A stretch of 64,000 bases of DNA from NCBI RefSeq assembly GCF_000189555.1, contig NC_017276.1, one strand, 5' to 3'. The DNA comes from Saccharolobus islandicus REY15A. GTDB lineage: Archaea; Thermoproteota; Thermoprotei_A; Sulfolobales; Sulfolobaceae. Below are positions 28,568 to 39,513 of the stretch, piece after piece. The notes beneath the pieces were generated by a model. That model saw nothing but the letters and a program-made list of their open reading frames with translations, was not told where the DNA came from and did no database searches. Each line of letters starts with the position of its first letter. The stretch's first letter is position 1. Both the position numbers and the translations under genes were made by a program.

Positions 28568-29554
28568 CTACTGATAGGTGTTTCCAGCATTCTGAAGCTC
28601 TGTATAGCAATTACTCGGAGTTTGACCAGATTGTAATAGCATTTTTTGACATCCAGTTGCCTGGTCATATGAAGATAGATATGCATATCCAGAAAGATCA
28701 TTAGTGCGTCCTAATATTGTAGGAGCATTTAAGTTCATGCCAATTGCGTAAAGGTAATCAGTATTGGAATCCCAATATAATTGCACGTAAGGTAATGGTC
28801 TAACTGTGGGTCCAGTCAGTACAGAAGCTCCGTGGTAAGGATCATAAGTAGAACCGTGGCAATCACAATGTATAACTCCGGGTGCATTTGCTTGTTGAGC
28901 CGCTTGAAGTGCCACTTCGGGCAAGAAGTTAGGAGTAGGCAAACCAACTTTCATGTATTTTGGCGGAAAGAAGTGAATCTCAGGTGGCGTACATCCCAAA
29001 TGTTGGCATATGGCTGAAAAAGCTACTATTGAATTATTGGGTCCAACTCCGCCAGGAAAAGTATAAGTCTTACCGTTTTCCGGAATTACAACCGTAGTTG
29101 GAGGGATTTTTATAGGATTATCGTTCTCATCGCCTAAATTCAAGAGGAAAGTTATATCACCTTGCATTGGATATTCAAATAATAAGATCTCCGGATTATT
29201 TACCGGAATTTGAGACGTCTTAATTGGATTACCGCTGGAGTCGACTATTATTACCCAAGGAAATTGTTTCAAACTTATTTCAGGTTGATTTAGATACGAA
29301 ATGACCGGAATTGCACTTAATACTGCAGCTGCACCTATACCTATGAGAATGCCCTTTAGGAAAGCTCTCTTGCTGGGATCAAGAGGACCTACATTTTTCT
29401 CAGCGTAATTGTACAAATAATCTCTTCCACTTTTCATAAACTCCTTCTCATCAAACCTAGTTTTTGGATCTCTCATTTTTCTCAGAAGTTTAATGGCAAA
29501 TATAAGATCATCACGCTTAATGATAGGTATTCCCTTAGCCATATTACTTACCAA
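28568..29554 (-). CDS. soxL: Rieske iron-sulfur protein (SoxL type)
   Basis: CQHLGC and CDCHGS motifs; Tat-like KRAFLK leader plus TM. Confidence 0.85.
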   Translation of the reverse strand: MVSNMAKGIPIIKRDDLIFAIKLLRKMRDPKTRFDEKEFMKSGRDYLYNYAEKNVGPLDPSKRAFLKGILIGIGAAAVLSAIPVISYLNQPEISLKQFPWVIIVDSSGNPIKTSQIPVNNPEILLFEYPMQGDITFLLNLGDENDNPIKIPPTTVVIPENGKTYTFPGGVGPNNSIVAFSAICQHLGCTPPEIHFFPPKYMKVGLPTPNFLPEVALQAAQQANAPGVIHCDCHGSTYDPYHGASVLTGPTVRPLPYVQLYWDSNTDYLYAIGMNLNAPTILGRTNDLSGYAYLSSYDQATGCQKMLLQSGQTPSNCYTELQNAGNTYQ

Positions 29555-29982
29555 TTTTAGAATGCGAGCTATGCCTTAAAAAATTTTATTTTAAAATTTT
29601 CCATTGCAAATGTTAGCTTTATTTATTGCACAAAGTTTTTAGTAATTTTATAGTAACATACCTTTTACGAGGGAGTTTATTATGCAATGAAATTAACTAA
29701 ATAAATAAGTAAAAATAAGCACAAACCTTTACGTGTTAGAAATTATATGATAAAGTGAATAACATATTTATATTTATTTGGGTAAAACTATTATGTTAGT
29801 AAATTAAGATTTGACATAATAGTAAATGCCAGTACCTACAATTTTTCTTATAGTAAACTAGATTATGTAATTCTAATTTTAATTAACTTAACTTTAACGG
29901 AGTTTAAGTTATTAAATCTTCGAAAAATTTCAAATAAAGATTTATAAGCCTCAGTACTGTAAAAAAGAATTAGGTGTAAATT

Positions 29983-30489
29983 ATGGATATTAAGGAACAC
30001 GCCGAGGAAGTGTGGTTTATAATTATGTTGATCTTGGTTGCAACATTCTTCAGTTGGAACGTTTACTATATTCTAACTGGAAAGAGCTTCAGTTTAAGAT
30101 ATGGTTTACCAGAATTCTCTGGCTTACCTCCACAAGGACAAGAGGCAGTAAAGTATTTTGAAACTCACCCTCCACCTCCCGGGGAGTATTCTGAGGTCAT
30201 AAATGGTACACTAGTAGTTAATATTACTGCAGTACAATACAAGTGGATTCCCAACGTTATAGTAGCTAACGTGAGTGAACCAGTAGTACTGATAGTAAAC
30301 TCTCCACAAGCGGATACTGGATTCTACTTAAGGCTCCCAAATGGGCTAATTAATATAAATGATGTTCCAGGGATTACAAGCTATGTTTATTTTATAACTC
30401 CTAATCAGCCGGGAAATTATACGTGGTATAATGCAGAATATGATGGTTATGCTTCTTCATATATGACTGGAACTCTGGAGGTGATATAA
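29983..30489 (+). CDS. soxA: Quinol oxidase subunit II (SoxA), no CuA ligands
   Basis: 168 aa; one TM plus cupredoxin fold without CxxxC; first gene of the oxidase operon. Confidence 0.85.
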   Translation: MDIKEHAEEVWFIIMLILVATFFSWNVYYILTGKSFSLRYGLPEFSGLPPQGQEAVKYFETHPPPPGEYSEVINGTLVVNITAVQYKWIPNVIVANVSEPVVLIVNSPQADTGFYLRLPNGLININDVPGITSYVYFITPNQPGNYTWYNAEYDGYASSYMTGTLEVI

Positions 30490-32018
30490 TGAGTATTATA
30501 AAACAAATAAAAGATACTATAATGCCTAAAAACACGTTAAACGTAGTGTGGCTTTACACAATAGGTTCCATATTCTGGCTAGGAGTTTTAGGAATTGCAG
30601 CCATGAATCTAAGGACTTATTTAACGTTTAATAGTAATTCCCCCAACGTGGGAGAACTATACTATAGTGCATTAACTATTCACGGCTGGGCCGGTATGTT
30701 TGGATTTGTACCTTTAGCTGCGGTAGCTGTAATCGCGTTTGCAATGTATAAGAGTAACTTATCAATTGTACACACTAAGTTAATGTCTATTTTCTTCTGG
30801 TTGTCTAACATATTCTTAGCAATTGGGTTTGCTGGATCTCCTGATATGGGTTGGTACATGTACCCTCCACTAGCAATAGAATCGGATAGTAACTTCCACG
30901 CCTTTCTGTTTTATACTTCACCAGCCTTGATGGGTATGGCTTACTTATCCCTAACTTTAGCCTTCATATTACAGACAGCGATGTTCATAACGCTGATTGC
31001 AGATGCATACGCTACAAAACCAAGAAATGAAAGACTGAACATATTTGGAGCTTATGGAGTAGCTTTTGCAATAGTTATTGCAATAACTCTTCCCGCATTA
31101 GCAGCATCTACATTATGGTATACGTTATATTTCTTTGCAGGAGTTCCAGTTAACCCATTGTTATGGGCATTGCTATTTTGGTTCTATGGACATCCCGTAG
31201 TATATTACGTTCCATTCCCGTTGTTTGGCGCTTTATACTACTATGTACCAAAATACGCTGGAAGGGCACTCTTCAGTGAGAAATGGGCTAGATGGAATAT
31301 ATACTTACTATCAATAGGCTCAATGCTTATATGGGTTCACCATCTGCAAACTTGGCCATTACCTATAGATCTGAGAATATGGGTAAACTTATCCACACTG
31401 ATTTTAGCCTCAGGGTCTGGTCTTACCGTGCTGAACTTAGGGTTAACAATACTTCTTTCTCAAAAATATAACTGGAAAGACCCAGTAGGAATGGGAGCAC
31501 TGATTGCATTAGTAGGATTCATATTAGCTGGTGTTCAAGCATTAGTTTTGCCAGAGAATTCGATAAATCCACTATTCCACAATACCTATTACGTAGTAGG
31601 GCATTTCCACCTAATGATATGGACATTAATAGTAATGGGCTTCACTACAGCATTTTTAGATATGTTAAGAAGCACATTTGGTGGATTCAATTTCAGTGAA
31701 CAAGCTTCTAAGTGGATGAGAATTGGAATGATATGGTGGACTGCGCCATTTTTGGGTGTAGGTTATACCATGTCAGTTATTGGCTATCTAGGAATGTTAA
31801 GGAGAATGATAGCTTATCCAGCAATGTTCCAACCATATAACTTGCTAGAGTCGTTCCTAGCTGAAATAGGAATTCCAGGGTTATTAGTAACGATATTTGT
31901 AGGTATTTTCGATGCGTTAGCTTATGCTTCTAAGCAAAATGTTTTTTCCACTTCTACCCCCTCAACTCCCTCTAATTTACCCGTAATGGCGGAAGATGGG
32001 GTGAGTAAAAATGGGTGA
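30489..32018 (+). CDS. soxB: Heme-copper oxidase subunit I (SoxB)
   Basis: IHGW, GHPVVY, VHH and GHFH ligands. Confidence 0.92.
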   Translation: MSIIKQIKDTIMPKNTLNVVWLYTIGSIFWLGVLGIAAMNLRTYLTFNSNSPNVGELYYSALTIHGWAGMFGFVPLAAVAVIAFAMYKSNLSIVHTKLMSIFFWLSNIFLAIGFAGSPDMGWYMYPPLAIESDSNFHAFLFYTSPALMGMAYLSLTLAFILQTAMFITLIADAYATKPRNERLNIFGAYGVAFAIVIAITLPALAASTLWYTLYFFAGVPVNPLLWALLFWFYGHPVVYYVPFPLFGALYYYVPKYAGRALFSEKWARWNIYLLSIGSMLIWVHHLQTWPLPIDLRIWVNLSTLILASGSGLTVLNLGLTILLSQKYNWKDPVGMGALIALVGFILAGVQALVLPENSINPLFHNTYYVVGHFHLMIWTLIVMGFTTAFLDMLRSTFGGFNFSEQASKWMRIGMIWWTAPFLGVGYTMSVIGYLGMLRRMIAYPAMFQPYNLLESFLAEIGIPGLLVTIFVGIFDALAYASKQNVFSTSTPSTPSNLPVMAEDGVSKNG

Positions 32019-33684
32019 GGAAAAGAAGGGAATTATAGATACTATAATTGATAGAGTAGGTGTAACTGAAGCACCACTGTTTAAGACACCAGATTACATG
32101 TATAATCTATCCTATTGGCTAGGTGCAATGGTATCTGCTGCTTTCATTTATACCGTTATTACTGGACTATTCCTCTTAATGTATTACCAACCGGCCTTTG
32201 CATATCAATCTACACAAAGTATCATATCTAGTGTACCCTATGGCCCAGTATTGTTATTTAGCCATTTATATGGCTCATACATAATGATAATATTAGCATA
32301 TATACACATGTTTAGAAACTTCTACAAGGGGGCATACAAAAAGCCGAGAGAATTGCAGTGGATAACCGGAGTGATTCTCCTTTTACTAACATTAGGGGCA
32401 TCGTTCTTTGGATACAGCTTAGTAAGTGATGTCCTTGGAGTAAACGCGATAGATATTGGAGATCAATTATTGGTTGGTACTGGTATTCCAGGTGCAACAA
32501 CTATAGTAGGCTGGCTGTTTGGTCCAGGAGGAAGTGCAGCATTATCTTCAGATCCCTTAGTGAGATCAGAATTGTTTGATAGATTATTAGGGTGGCATAT
32601 ATTGCTAGTATTTCTGCTGGGAGCTCTTTTCCTATTCCACTTCATGCTGGCAGAGAGGTATGGGATGACACCTTCAGCTAAGGATAAACCTAAAGTACCA
32701 GCATATTACACTAAGGAAGAACAGCAAAGATTTAATGAGTGGTGGCCTAGGAACTTTGTTTATATGCTATCAGTTGTATTACTAACATGGGGAATAATAT
32801 TATTTGTTCCCAACTTATTAGCAAATATAAATGGATTACCAATAGTGATTAATCCCTATCCAGCCCCGCAAGCAGGTTCGCCAGAGTCTACGAGTGTACA
32901 ACCCTATCCACCATGGTTCTTCTTATTCCTATACAAATTTGTTGATTTCCTATTACCTAACGGAATGCCAATCACTCCAATATTAGTTTTGGCGGTGCTC
33001 ATTATAGGTCTTTTAGTATTAATCTTCCTTCCATTCTTAGATCCCAGTGACGACTTACGTGTTACTAGGAGAAAGTTCTGGACATGGATAGTTAGTACTT
33101 TAGCTGTATATCTGATAGAGCTATCTGTGTGGGGATACTTGGAACCAGGTGTGCCAGTTCCGTTCTCACAAGAGATAGAATACTTAGGGTTACCGTTAAT
33201 TGTTATAGGAATACTTGTCTACTTATGGCCAGTAAAGCAAAATAATACTCCAATTACAAGGACTGAAACAAAGGTAATTAAAATGAACATAACTCCAATG
33301 GAAATACTCTTAGCTTCCGTATCCGCATTATCCTTGGCAGGGACATTTGTAAACTTCCTAGAATTCCCGACAATTATAAACGGAATTATTTTAATACCAG
33401 TGGGATTATTTACATTGTATATGCTAAGAAGAGTTGCCGCATTTATAGTCGGAAAAAAACCAGTAGCAGCTGTAGGAAGCAGTGTAGCAGCCAGTTGGAA
33501 CAAGAAAGCTGCGTTTTATGGAATAGTAATAATTTTTATCATCTCCTTATTCCTATTAGGTCTAATGTGGACATTACCAAGTATAGGGCCACAATCAACT
33601 TATGCTGGAATGGATTTAGGCGTAATTCTAATGCTGTGGGGAATGGCAGTGCAACTTTATCATTATGAAATCTATGTAAAGTAG
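32011..33684 (+). CDS. soxC: Cytochrome b-like subunit (SoxC)
   Basis: SHLYGS, IHMFR, GWHIL, FHF His ligands; PPWF in place of PEWY. Confidence 0.9.
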   Translation: MGEEKKGIIDTIIDRVGVTEAPLFKTPDYMYNLSYWLGAMVSAAFIYTVITGLFLLMYYQPAFAYQSTQSIISSVPYGPVLLFSHLYGSYIMIILAYIHMFRNFYKGAYKKPRELQWITGVILLLLTLGASFFGYSLVSDVLGVNAIDIGDQLLVGTGIPGATTIVGWLFGPGGSAALSSDPLVRSELFDRLLGWHILLVFLLGALFLFHFMLAERYGMTPSAKDKPKVPAYYTKEEQQRFNEWWPRNFVYMLSVVLLTWGIILFVPNLLANINGLPIVINPYPAPQAGSPESTSVQPYPPWFFLFLYKFVDFLLPNGMPITPILVLAVLIIGLLVLIFLPFLDPSDDLRVTRRKFWTWIVSTLAVYLIELSVWGYLEPGVPVPFSQEIEYLGLPLIVIGILVYLWPVKQNNTPITRTETKVIKMNITPMEILLASVSALSLAGTFVNFLEFPTIINGIILIPVGLFTLYMLRRVAAFIVGKKPVAAVGSSVAASWNKKAAFYGIVIIFIISLFLLGLMWTLPSIGPQSTYAGMDLGVILMLWGMAVQLYHYEIYVK

Positions 33685-33696
33685 GGGTGAGTGAGA

Positions 33697-33819
33697 ATGA
33701 ATAAGCTAGGTATAGCAATTTTGGCTCTAATATTTGGAGCCACCGCATTCATGGCTGGGTTTATGGCGTATAACTTGTTATGGGACTCTGTTAAAATTAT
33801 AGCGATATTGGTGGGATAA
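33697..33819 (+). CDS. soxD: SoxD-like 40-aa single-TM subunit (below the ORF-track cutoff)
   Basis: MNKLGIAILALIFGATAFMAGFMAYNLLWDSVKIIAILVG; GGGGTGA RBS upstream; position after soxC. Confidence 0.7.
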   Translation: MNKLGIAILALIFGATAFMAGFMAYNLLWDSVKIIAILVG

Positions 33820-33820
33820 A

Positions 33821-34015
33821 ATGAAAAGCTACACTATAGCTGGAATTATATCGGGAATAATGACTATATTTTTTATAATACTCTCCTTACCTCTTAACTT
33901 CATTTCGGCACGTAGTATAGGAGTTGATCCAACAAGTATAATAATGGCAACAGTATACATGCTCTTAGCGAGCATAATATTCATAATACTCTTTAAGGGA
34001 ATAAACAAGCTATGA
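33821..34015 (+). CDS. Small two-TM protein (SoxD'-like) ending the sox operon
   Basis: 64 aa; 1 bp after soxD; followed by a T-tract. Confidence 0.65.
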   Translation: MKSYTIAGIISGIMTIFFIILSLPLNFISARSIGVDPTSIIMATVYMLLASIIFIILFKGINKL

Positions 34016-34026
34016 AGATCTATAAG

Positions 34027-34047
34027 CTTTTTTTAAATTATTTTTTA
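34027..34047 (+). terminator. Poly-T terminator after the sox operon
   Basis: T7 followed by a further T-rich run just after the stop. Confidence 0.5.
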
Positions 34048-34230
34048 TTTATAACTCAAGTTTAACTTACATATATTAATTACAATCACCGTAAACTAGT
34101 AGTTAGTTTCAAATATCTTATGCGTCTATATAAAACATTTTTCATAGAAAGATATAAAAAGAAATAGCGTCATGAACTCAGATTTGGATTAACTATATAT
34201 ACTAAATAGTTCTATGATAGCCTATTAGAC

Positions 34231-34890
34231 ATGAAGTGGAAATACATTGCATCAATTTATGCAATATACATAATTATATCTGTAATGGTTAAAATTGTAG
34301 GAGAAGCTAATTTTCCAGGGAATATATATTTCCTTTATTTGATCAACCATTCCCAACTTCCAGCATTTAATCCTGTAATGTTATTCTTCAGTAAATACGG
34401 CAGGGAGTATATTTGGATACCAGTAACTGCGATCTTGTTCATTATGGGTGGGAAGTTTAGGCGAAGTTCACTCTTATTAATTGGAGGATTTATAATAGCT
34501 ATAATTTTAGGAGAGGTTTCAAAATATGTAATGGCTCAGCCAAGACCATTTCTAATTCTACATAACGTAAATTTACTAGTTCCAGAACCCACTGATTATT
34601 CTTATCCTTCAGGACACGCATTGATAGTGTCTGTAGGTGCAATGATAGTTCTCTTAACTTTACCATATTACATCTCAATACCGTTACTTATGGAAGCACT
34701 GCTCACAAGCTATTCTAGAGTTTATATAGGAGTTCATTGGCCTTTAGATGTATTAACTGGGTGGATATTAGGAATAGCAGTAGCTTTAACTGCAATGAAT
34801 CTAGAAAAGTTTATTTCAACAATTTATAATAGACTAGTTAACTCCATTGTTGGTAATGGAAGAAAAACAAATTTAAAACGGCAAAAGTAA
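34231..34890 (+). CDS. PAP2-family membrane phosphatase
   Basis: K...RP, PSGH, SR...GVH..DV motifs. Confidence 0.9.
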   Translation: MKWKYIASIYAIYIIISVMVKIVGEANFPGNIYFLYLINHSQLPAFNPVMLFFSKYGREYIWIPVTAILFIMGGKFRRSSLLLIGGFIIAIILGEVSKYVMAQPRPFLILHNVNLLVPEPTDYSYPSGHALIVSVGAMIVLLTLPYYISIPLLMEALLTSYSRVYIGVHWPLDVLTGWILGIAVALTAMNLEKFISTIYNRLVNSIVGNGRKTNLKRQK

Positions 34891-34902
34891 AGGAAAAATC
34901 TT

Positions 34903-35394
34903 GTGGAAAAGCTAACAGATTTAGAATTTAGAGCATTGGAAATTTTAAGAGAAGACTCTAGGATAAGTGTTACGGAACTGGCAAAAAGGCTTAATATTAG
35001 TAGGAGTACTGCCACAAGGCTTTTAAGAAATCTTAGCAGAAAAGGTGTAAAATTTACTATTAAATTTCAGAATGAACCCCTTATCGCTTTTACAATTTCA
35101 GAGTCTTGTCAAAGTGACGAGTGTTATAAACTGTTGGATGGTAGATTTATCAACATAATAAGAGCTAATACATTAGAAGATTTAGAAAATAAACTAAAAA
35201 ATGTGAAGGGAAAAGATCTAGTATTCATAGGCAAGAGTAGCTTTGTAGTTAAATGTGATTACTGCGGTAAGGAAATATACGATAATCCCTTAACATATAA
35301 AATTGGAAGAAGAACGTATTACGCTTGTTGCAACTCTTGTTTGACTGGGTTAAAGGAAAAGTTTGCACGTAATAATGATTTGAATTTACATTAG
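34903..35394 (+). CDS. copR: Copper-responsive regulator (AsnC-type HTH plus TRASH domain)
   Basis: N-terminal HTH; C-terminal CDYC...CCNSC; upstream of the chaperone and P1B ATPase. Confidence 0.88.
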   Translation: MEKLTDLEFRALEILREDSRISVTELAKRLNISRSTATRLLRNLSRKGVKFTIKFQNEPLIAFTISESCQSDECYKLLDGRFINIIRANTLEDLENKLKNVKGKDLVFIGKSSFVVKCDYCGKEIYDNPLTYKIGRRTYYACCNSCLTGLKEKFARNNDLNLH

Positions 35395-35484
35395 TTTTAG
35401 ATTCACTTTGACTCTTCTAAATTTCAAGTAGATACGAATTGACAGAAGAAAAAGTTCTTTATAATAAAACCAATAATTAATATT

Positions 35485-35655
35485 ATGATAATCGATCCTG
35501 TTTGTGGAATGGAAGTAGATGAAAAAAGCCAATATAAGACAATGTATAAAGGAAAAGTCTACTATTTTTGCTCATCACATTGCCTTAAGGAGTTTCAGAA
35601 GAACCCAGAAGAATATCTAAGGGGTGGACCTAAGGGAATGCCTCATGGTCACTGA
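35485..35655 (+). CDS. copT: TRASH/YHS copper chaperone, 56 aa (below the ORF-track cutoff)
   Basis: MIIDPVCGMEVDEK...YYFCSSHCLKEF; overlaps the copA start. Confidence 0.9.
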   Translation: MIIDPVCGMEVDEKSQYKTMYKGKVYYFCSSHCLKEFQKNPEEYLRGGPKGMPHGH

Positions 35656-37891
35656 GAAGAAAGAGGAGTTGAGAATTACAGATAAGGAGGAACAGCTAAA
35701 GATAATTGGAATGCATTGCGCCACATGCGTAATGAGTGTATCTAAGTCTTTGAAGTCAGTTAGTGGTGTTAAAGATGCGGAAGTAAATCTAGCAACTGGT
35801 AGTGCAAAAGTAATCCTAAGTGGTAACGTTAGATTAAAGGAATTAGTAAAAGCTGTGAGAAAGGCTGGTTATGATGTTGCCACAGAAAAGTTCACTATAA
35901 AATTGAATGTCAACCCAGAGGAAATGCCTAAAATAGAGAGGAAGTTCGAAAACGTTAAGGGGGTAGTCGATGTAAAATCCAATCCTGGTCTAGGAATAGT
36001 AAGTGTGGAGTATAATCTTGAATCCACTACCCCGGAGGAAATATTGAAGGAAGCTGGAGTAAAGGGGGAAATAATAAATGAACAACGTAGTGAAAGAAGT
36101 ATACTCTATAAAGACTTCTATGACTTATTAAAGAGATTGGTAATAGGCATAACATTTACACCTTTAACGTATCTATTTCCATTCTTTTTAGGTATCTTAC
36201 TATCGATACCGATACAATTTTACTCAGGATTGAGATTTCATAAAGGTGCTTATAGAGCCTTAAAGAATAGAACTACTAACATGGATGTGCTTGTCTCCTT
36301 AGCGTCAAACATATTGTGGTTCTCTGGTATTTTCCTTCATAGCACATTTTACGCTGATGCTTCATTATTGATAACCTTCATACTCGTTGGTAAAACGTTA
36401 GAAGCTTATATTAAAGCAAAGATGAGTTCCGAAATACGTATAGAGCCTTACAAGGCTACTTTGAAAGACGGAAGAGTAGTTAACTCCAATGAACTAAAGG
36501 TAGGTGATATAGTAATTGTTAGGACAGGAGAGAGAATACCAGCTGATGGAATTATTGAGAGTGGGGAGGGAGAAGTAAACGAGGCAATAATTACTGGGGA
36601 ACAGAAACCAGTATTAAAGAGAAAAGGAGATAACGTCTTAGCTGGTGGTATCTTAGTAAATGGATACCTAGAAATATACGTAACTAGAAACTGGGATAGG
36701 AGCTATATTATACAAGTGATAGAGAGTGTAAGAGGAGCTTATAATGCCAGAGTTTCTATCCAAAATCTGGTGGACAAAGTTTCCTCCGTATTCGTACCCA
36801 TAGTTATTACTCTTTCAGCACTTACGTTTCTTGTTTGGAAATTTGTACTGGGCTATAACTTGTATTCCTCTCTATTTTTCAGTGTAGCTGTATTAGCTGC
36901 AGCGTGCCCTTGCGCATTAGGCTTAGCGTCACCTATGGCGATGTTAGTTAGTGTTCGTAGAGCATTAAAAAGAGGTATTATAATTAGGGATGGTAGTATT
37001 TTAGAGGAAATAAGGAATGTTAACGTTGCGGTCTTAGACAAAACTGGGACTGTAACTGAAGGTGAGTATGTGATTGTTAGTAAGAAGGAGTTCATTAACG
37101 GAGCGTTAGATTTAGCCGCAATTGCAGAAAGTAGAAGTATACATCCTATTGCTAAAGCTTTTCATAAAATGAATATGAAAGATGGTAAGGTTGAACAATT
37201 TGAGGAATTCCCGGGAAGAGGAATATATGCTAGAATAAATGGAAATGATGTAATTGTAGGAAGCAAGGATTTCGTGAAAAGCAATTGTGATTGGAATGTT
37301 GAAGACGAAGGAGATATTTTAGTTTGTATTAATGGGAGAGCTGGAGGGATAGTTAACATAAGGGACAAGCTTAGGGATGACGCTAAAAGAGTGATAAATT
37401 ATATGAAAGAAAGGGGAATTAGGGTGATAATAGCCACTGGAGATAGTAGTAATTATGCTGATCAAATAGGGAAGGAGTTAGGTGTTGAAGTTCGCAAGGG
37501 ATTAACTCCAGATGACAAAGCGGAATTGGTGAAGGAATTGAGGGAAAATGGTAATAAAGTCATGTTTATAGGTGATGGGATAAATGATGCAATTGCTATG
37601 AGAGAGGCTGACGTAGGTATTGCTGTCTCTAGTGGTACTGATTTGGCTAAGAGTGCTGGTAAAGTCGTGATTAACTCATTAGATGACGTAATAGGATTAT
37701 TTGAACAAGCGAAATTGGGAGTTAGGAAAATTAAGGAGAATTTGGCGTGGGCATTTGGCTATAATACAGTAATAATACCTATTGCAGCAGGATTATTTTA
37801 CCCAACTATATATTTACCGCCAGAATACGCAGCACTCGCAATGGGATTCAGTAGTGTGATAGTGAGTTTATGGTCTCTAGTACCAATTTAA
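35645..37891 (+). CDS. copA: Cu(+)-exporting P1B-type ATPase
   Basis: GMHCATC HMA, TGE, CPC, DKTGT, GDGIND, YN and M..SS motifs; probable start ATG 35645. Confidence 0.95.
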   Translation: MVTEKKEELRITDKEEQLKIIGMHCATCVMSVSKSLKSVSGVKDAEVNLATGSAKVILSGNVRLKELVKAVRKAGYDVATEKFTIKLNVNPEEMPKIERKFENVKGVVDVKSNPGLGIVSVEYNLESTTPEEILKEAGVKGEIINEQRSERSILYKDFYDLLKRLVIGITFTPLTYLFPFFLGILLSIPIQFYSGLRFHKGAYRALKNRTTNMDVLVSLASNILWFSGIFLHSTFYADASLLITFILVGKTLEAYIKAKMSSEIRIEPYKATLKDGRVVNSNELKVGDIVIVRTGERIPADGIIESGEGEVNEAIITGEQKPVLKRKGDNVLAGGILVNGYLEIYVTRNWDRSYIIQVIESVRGAYNARVSIQNLVDKVSSVFVPIVITLSALTFLVWKFVLGYNLYSSLFFSVAVLAAACPCALGLASPMAMLVSVRRALKRGIIIRDGSILEEIRNVNVAVLDKTGTVTEGEYVIVSKKEFINGALDLAAIAESRSIHPIAKAFHKMNMKDGKVEQFEEFPGRGIYARINGNDVIVGSKDFVKSNCDWNVEDEGDILVCINGRAGGIVNIRDKLRDDAKRVINYMKERGIRVIIATGDSSNYADQIGKELGVEVRKGLTPDDKAELVKELRENGNKVMFIGDGINDAIAMREADVGIAVSSGTDLAKSAGKVVINSLDDVIGLFEQAKLGVRKIKENLAWAFGYNTVIIPIAAGLFYPTIYLPPEYAALAMGFSSVIVSLWSLVPI

Positions 37892-37971
37892 CATAGAGGA
37901 AAAAGAAGTAAAAAGTATATCTTAAAAATTAGAACATAAAATTTTTGTATATACAAAAATACTATCTTTTA

Positions 37972-38409
37972 TTAGGCGTTAATGACAACTTCTTTCTTAT
38001 TAGCCTCTTCTTGTTTCTTCTTTCCTTCAACCTTAGACATAATGTAATTTATCGCTCTTTGTAACTCTGCCTTATGCTTAGTCGTAATGTGTTTTTCTAA
38101 TTTCCCTTCGTCAAGTTTTTCATTGCAGAGAAGGCATGTATACATTCCATCTGTTTTGTATACAATAGGACTCACTTTGGCATTTGATTGCTTTATCAAC
38201 GCTATTAGTTTTTTAGCCTTCCCTTCTCCACTAGCTTTCTCCACGAATCTCATTATGTTTCCTCTGATTGTGTGCTTTGTTATTCCATATTTGTATGCCA
38301 GTACACTTGGTCTTTCTCCCTCTACAAGATAGCTATATATAGCATCAACTACATATGCTTTATCAGCTAGCATCTTTATGGCTATATATTTTATACTCTC
38401 ATTAGTCAT
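37972..38409 (-). CDS. Putative DNA-binding protein (HTH-like N-terminus plus C2H2 zinc finger)
   Basis: LAYKYGITKHTIRG HTH-like segment; CLLC-x12-H-x4-H. Confidence 0.7.
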   Translation of the reverse strand: MTNESIKYIAIKMLADKAYVVDAIYSYLVEGERPSVLAYKYGITKHTIRGNIMRFVEKASGEGKAKKLIALIKQSNAKVSPIVYKTDGMYTCLLCNEKLDEGKLEKHITTKHKAELQRAINYIMSKVEGKKKQEEANKKEVVINA

Positions 38410-38449
38410 ACATGATATATTCTCCTAGTAGTTTTTAAACCTTTCTATT

Positions 38450-38505
38450 ATAAGTATCTAATACTTATACCCTATTAATCTTATCAACAATACTAATTTA
38501 GTATT
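38450..38505. promoter_or_regulatory. Two perfect 8-bp palindromes in a divergent promoter region
   Basis: ATAAGTAT-cta-ATACTTAT (38450-38468) and AATACTAA-t-TTAGTATT (38489-38505). Confidence 0.4.
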
Positions 38506-38583
38506 AAAGGGAGTTAACTTAGAAAGAAAAATCCTTATGTTTTCTGCAAAAAGTTTTTAGCATTATTGTCAATACTTTAACTA

Positions 38584-39513
38584 ATGATTAAAACAATTGA
38601 CATTTCAAAGACTTTTAAAATAAAGGATAAGGTGATAAAAGCTGTAGATGATGTTTCCTTTGAGATAGAAAGAAATACGGCTGGGGCTTTAGTGGGACCA
38701 AATGGGGCAGGAAAAACAACCGTGATTAAAATGCTTTCAACTCTCATAATACCTAGTTCTGGAGATGCGATAGTTAATGGTTATAGTATAACTAGGGAGG
38801 AAAAGAAAGTTAGAGAATCAATAGGTTTAGTTACAGTGAGTGAAAGGCTATTCTATTATAGATTGACTGCCTTGGAGAACTTAGTATTCTTCGCTAGTTT
38901 GCAAAACTTATCCCTATCCGATGCTAGGAGAAGAGCAAGGGAGGTATTGGAAATTGTAGGATTATCTGAATGGGAAAACATACCATATATGAAGTTTAGT
39001 ACTGGGATGCAGAGAAAATTAGCATTAGCTAGAGCACTAATAATGGATCCGCCAGTGTTACTATTGGATGAACCTACCTTAGGTTTAGATCCACTCTCAG
39101 CTAGAATGTTTAGAGATTTAGTTAGAAGAATTGGTAGAGATAAGACTATTCTCCTTACCTCACATTACATGAAGGATATTGAGGAGTTAGCAGAGAAGAT
39201 AATACTATTAAAGAAAGGCAAAGTAATATCTGAAGGAAACAAGGAGAATTTAAAGAATTACTTAGGCAAAGTAATAGAAGTAGAAGTAAACGAGTATCCA
39301 TTAGCATTAGGTAAATACGTAGTGGAAACTTCAACAAACTACTACATTTTGAGGATACCAGAAAAGGAACTTGATGAATTAAAGGATTATAGGGTAATTA
39401 AGGAGGAAGAGCCATCATTAGAAGATGTGTATATATTTTTAATAGGAGATGTTGAGGATTCGGCAAGGTTAGAGGCGGTAAGGAGAGGAGGATGGAGAGG
39501 AAGATGGGGATAA
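38584..39513 (+). CDS. ABC-2 type exporter ATPase
   Basis: [21 protein letters not shown]. Confidence 0.92.
   Translation: MIKTIDISKTFKIKDKVIKAVDDVSFEIERNTAGALVGPNGAGKTTVIKMLSTLIIPSSGDAIVNGYSITREEKKVRESIGLVTVSERLFYYRLTALENLVFFASLQNLSLSDARRRAREVLEIVGLSEWENIPYMKFSTGMQRKLALARALIMDPPVLLLDEPTLGLDPLSARMFRDLVRRIGRDKTILLTSHYMKDIEELAEKIILLKKGKVISEGNKENLKNYLGKVIEVEVNEYPLALGKYVVETSTNYYILRIPEKELDELKDYRVIKEEEPSLEDVYIFLIGDVEDSARLEAVRRGGWRGRWG

Noticed and set aside
35413-35449. TCTTCT-N25-AGAAGA upstream of copT as a CopR operator
   Set aside because: Six-bp arms with a long spacer are easily random; it cannot be supported without conservation data.
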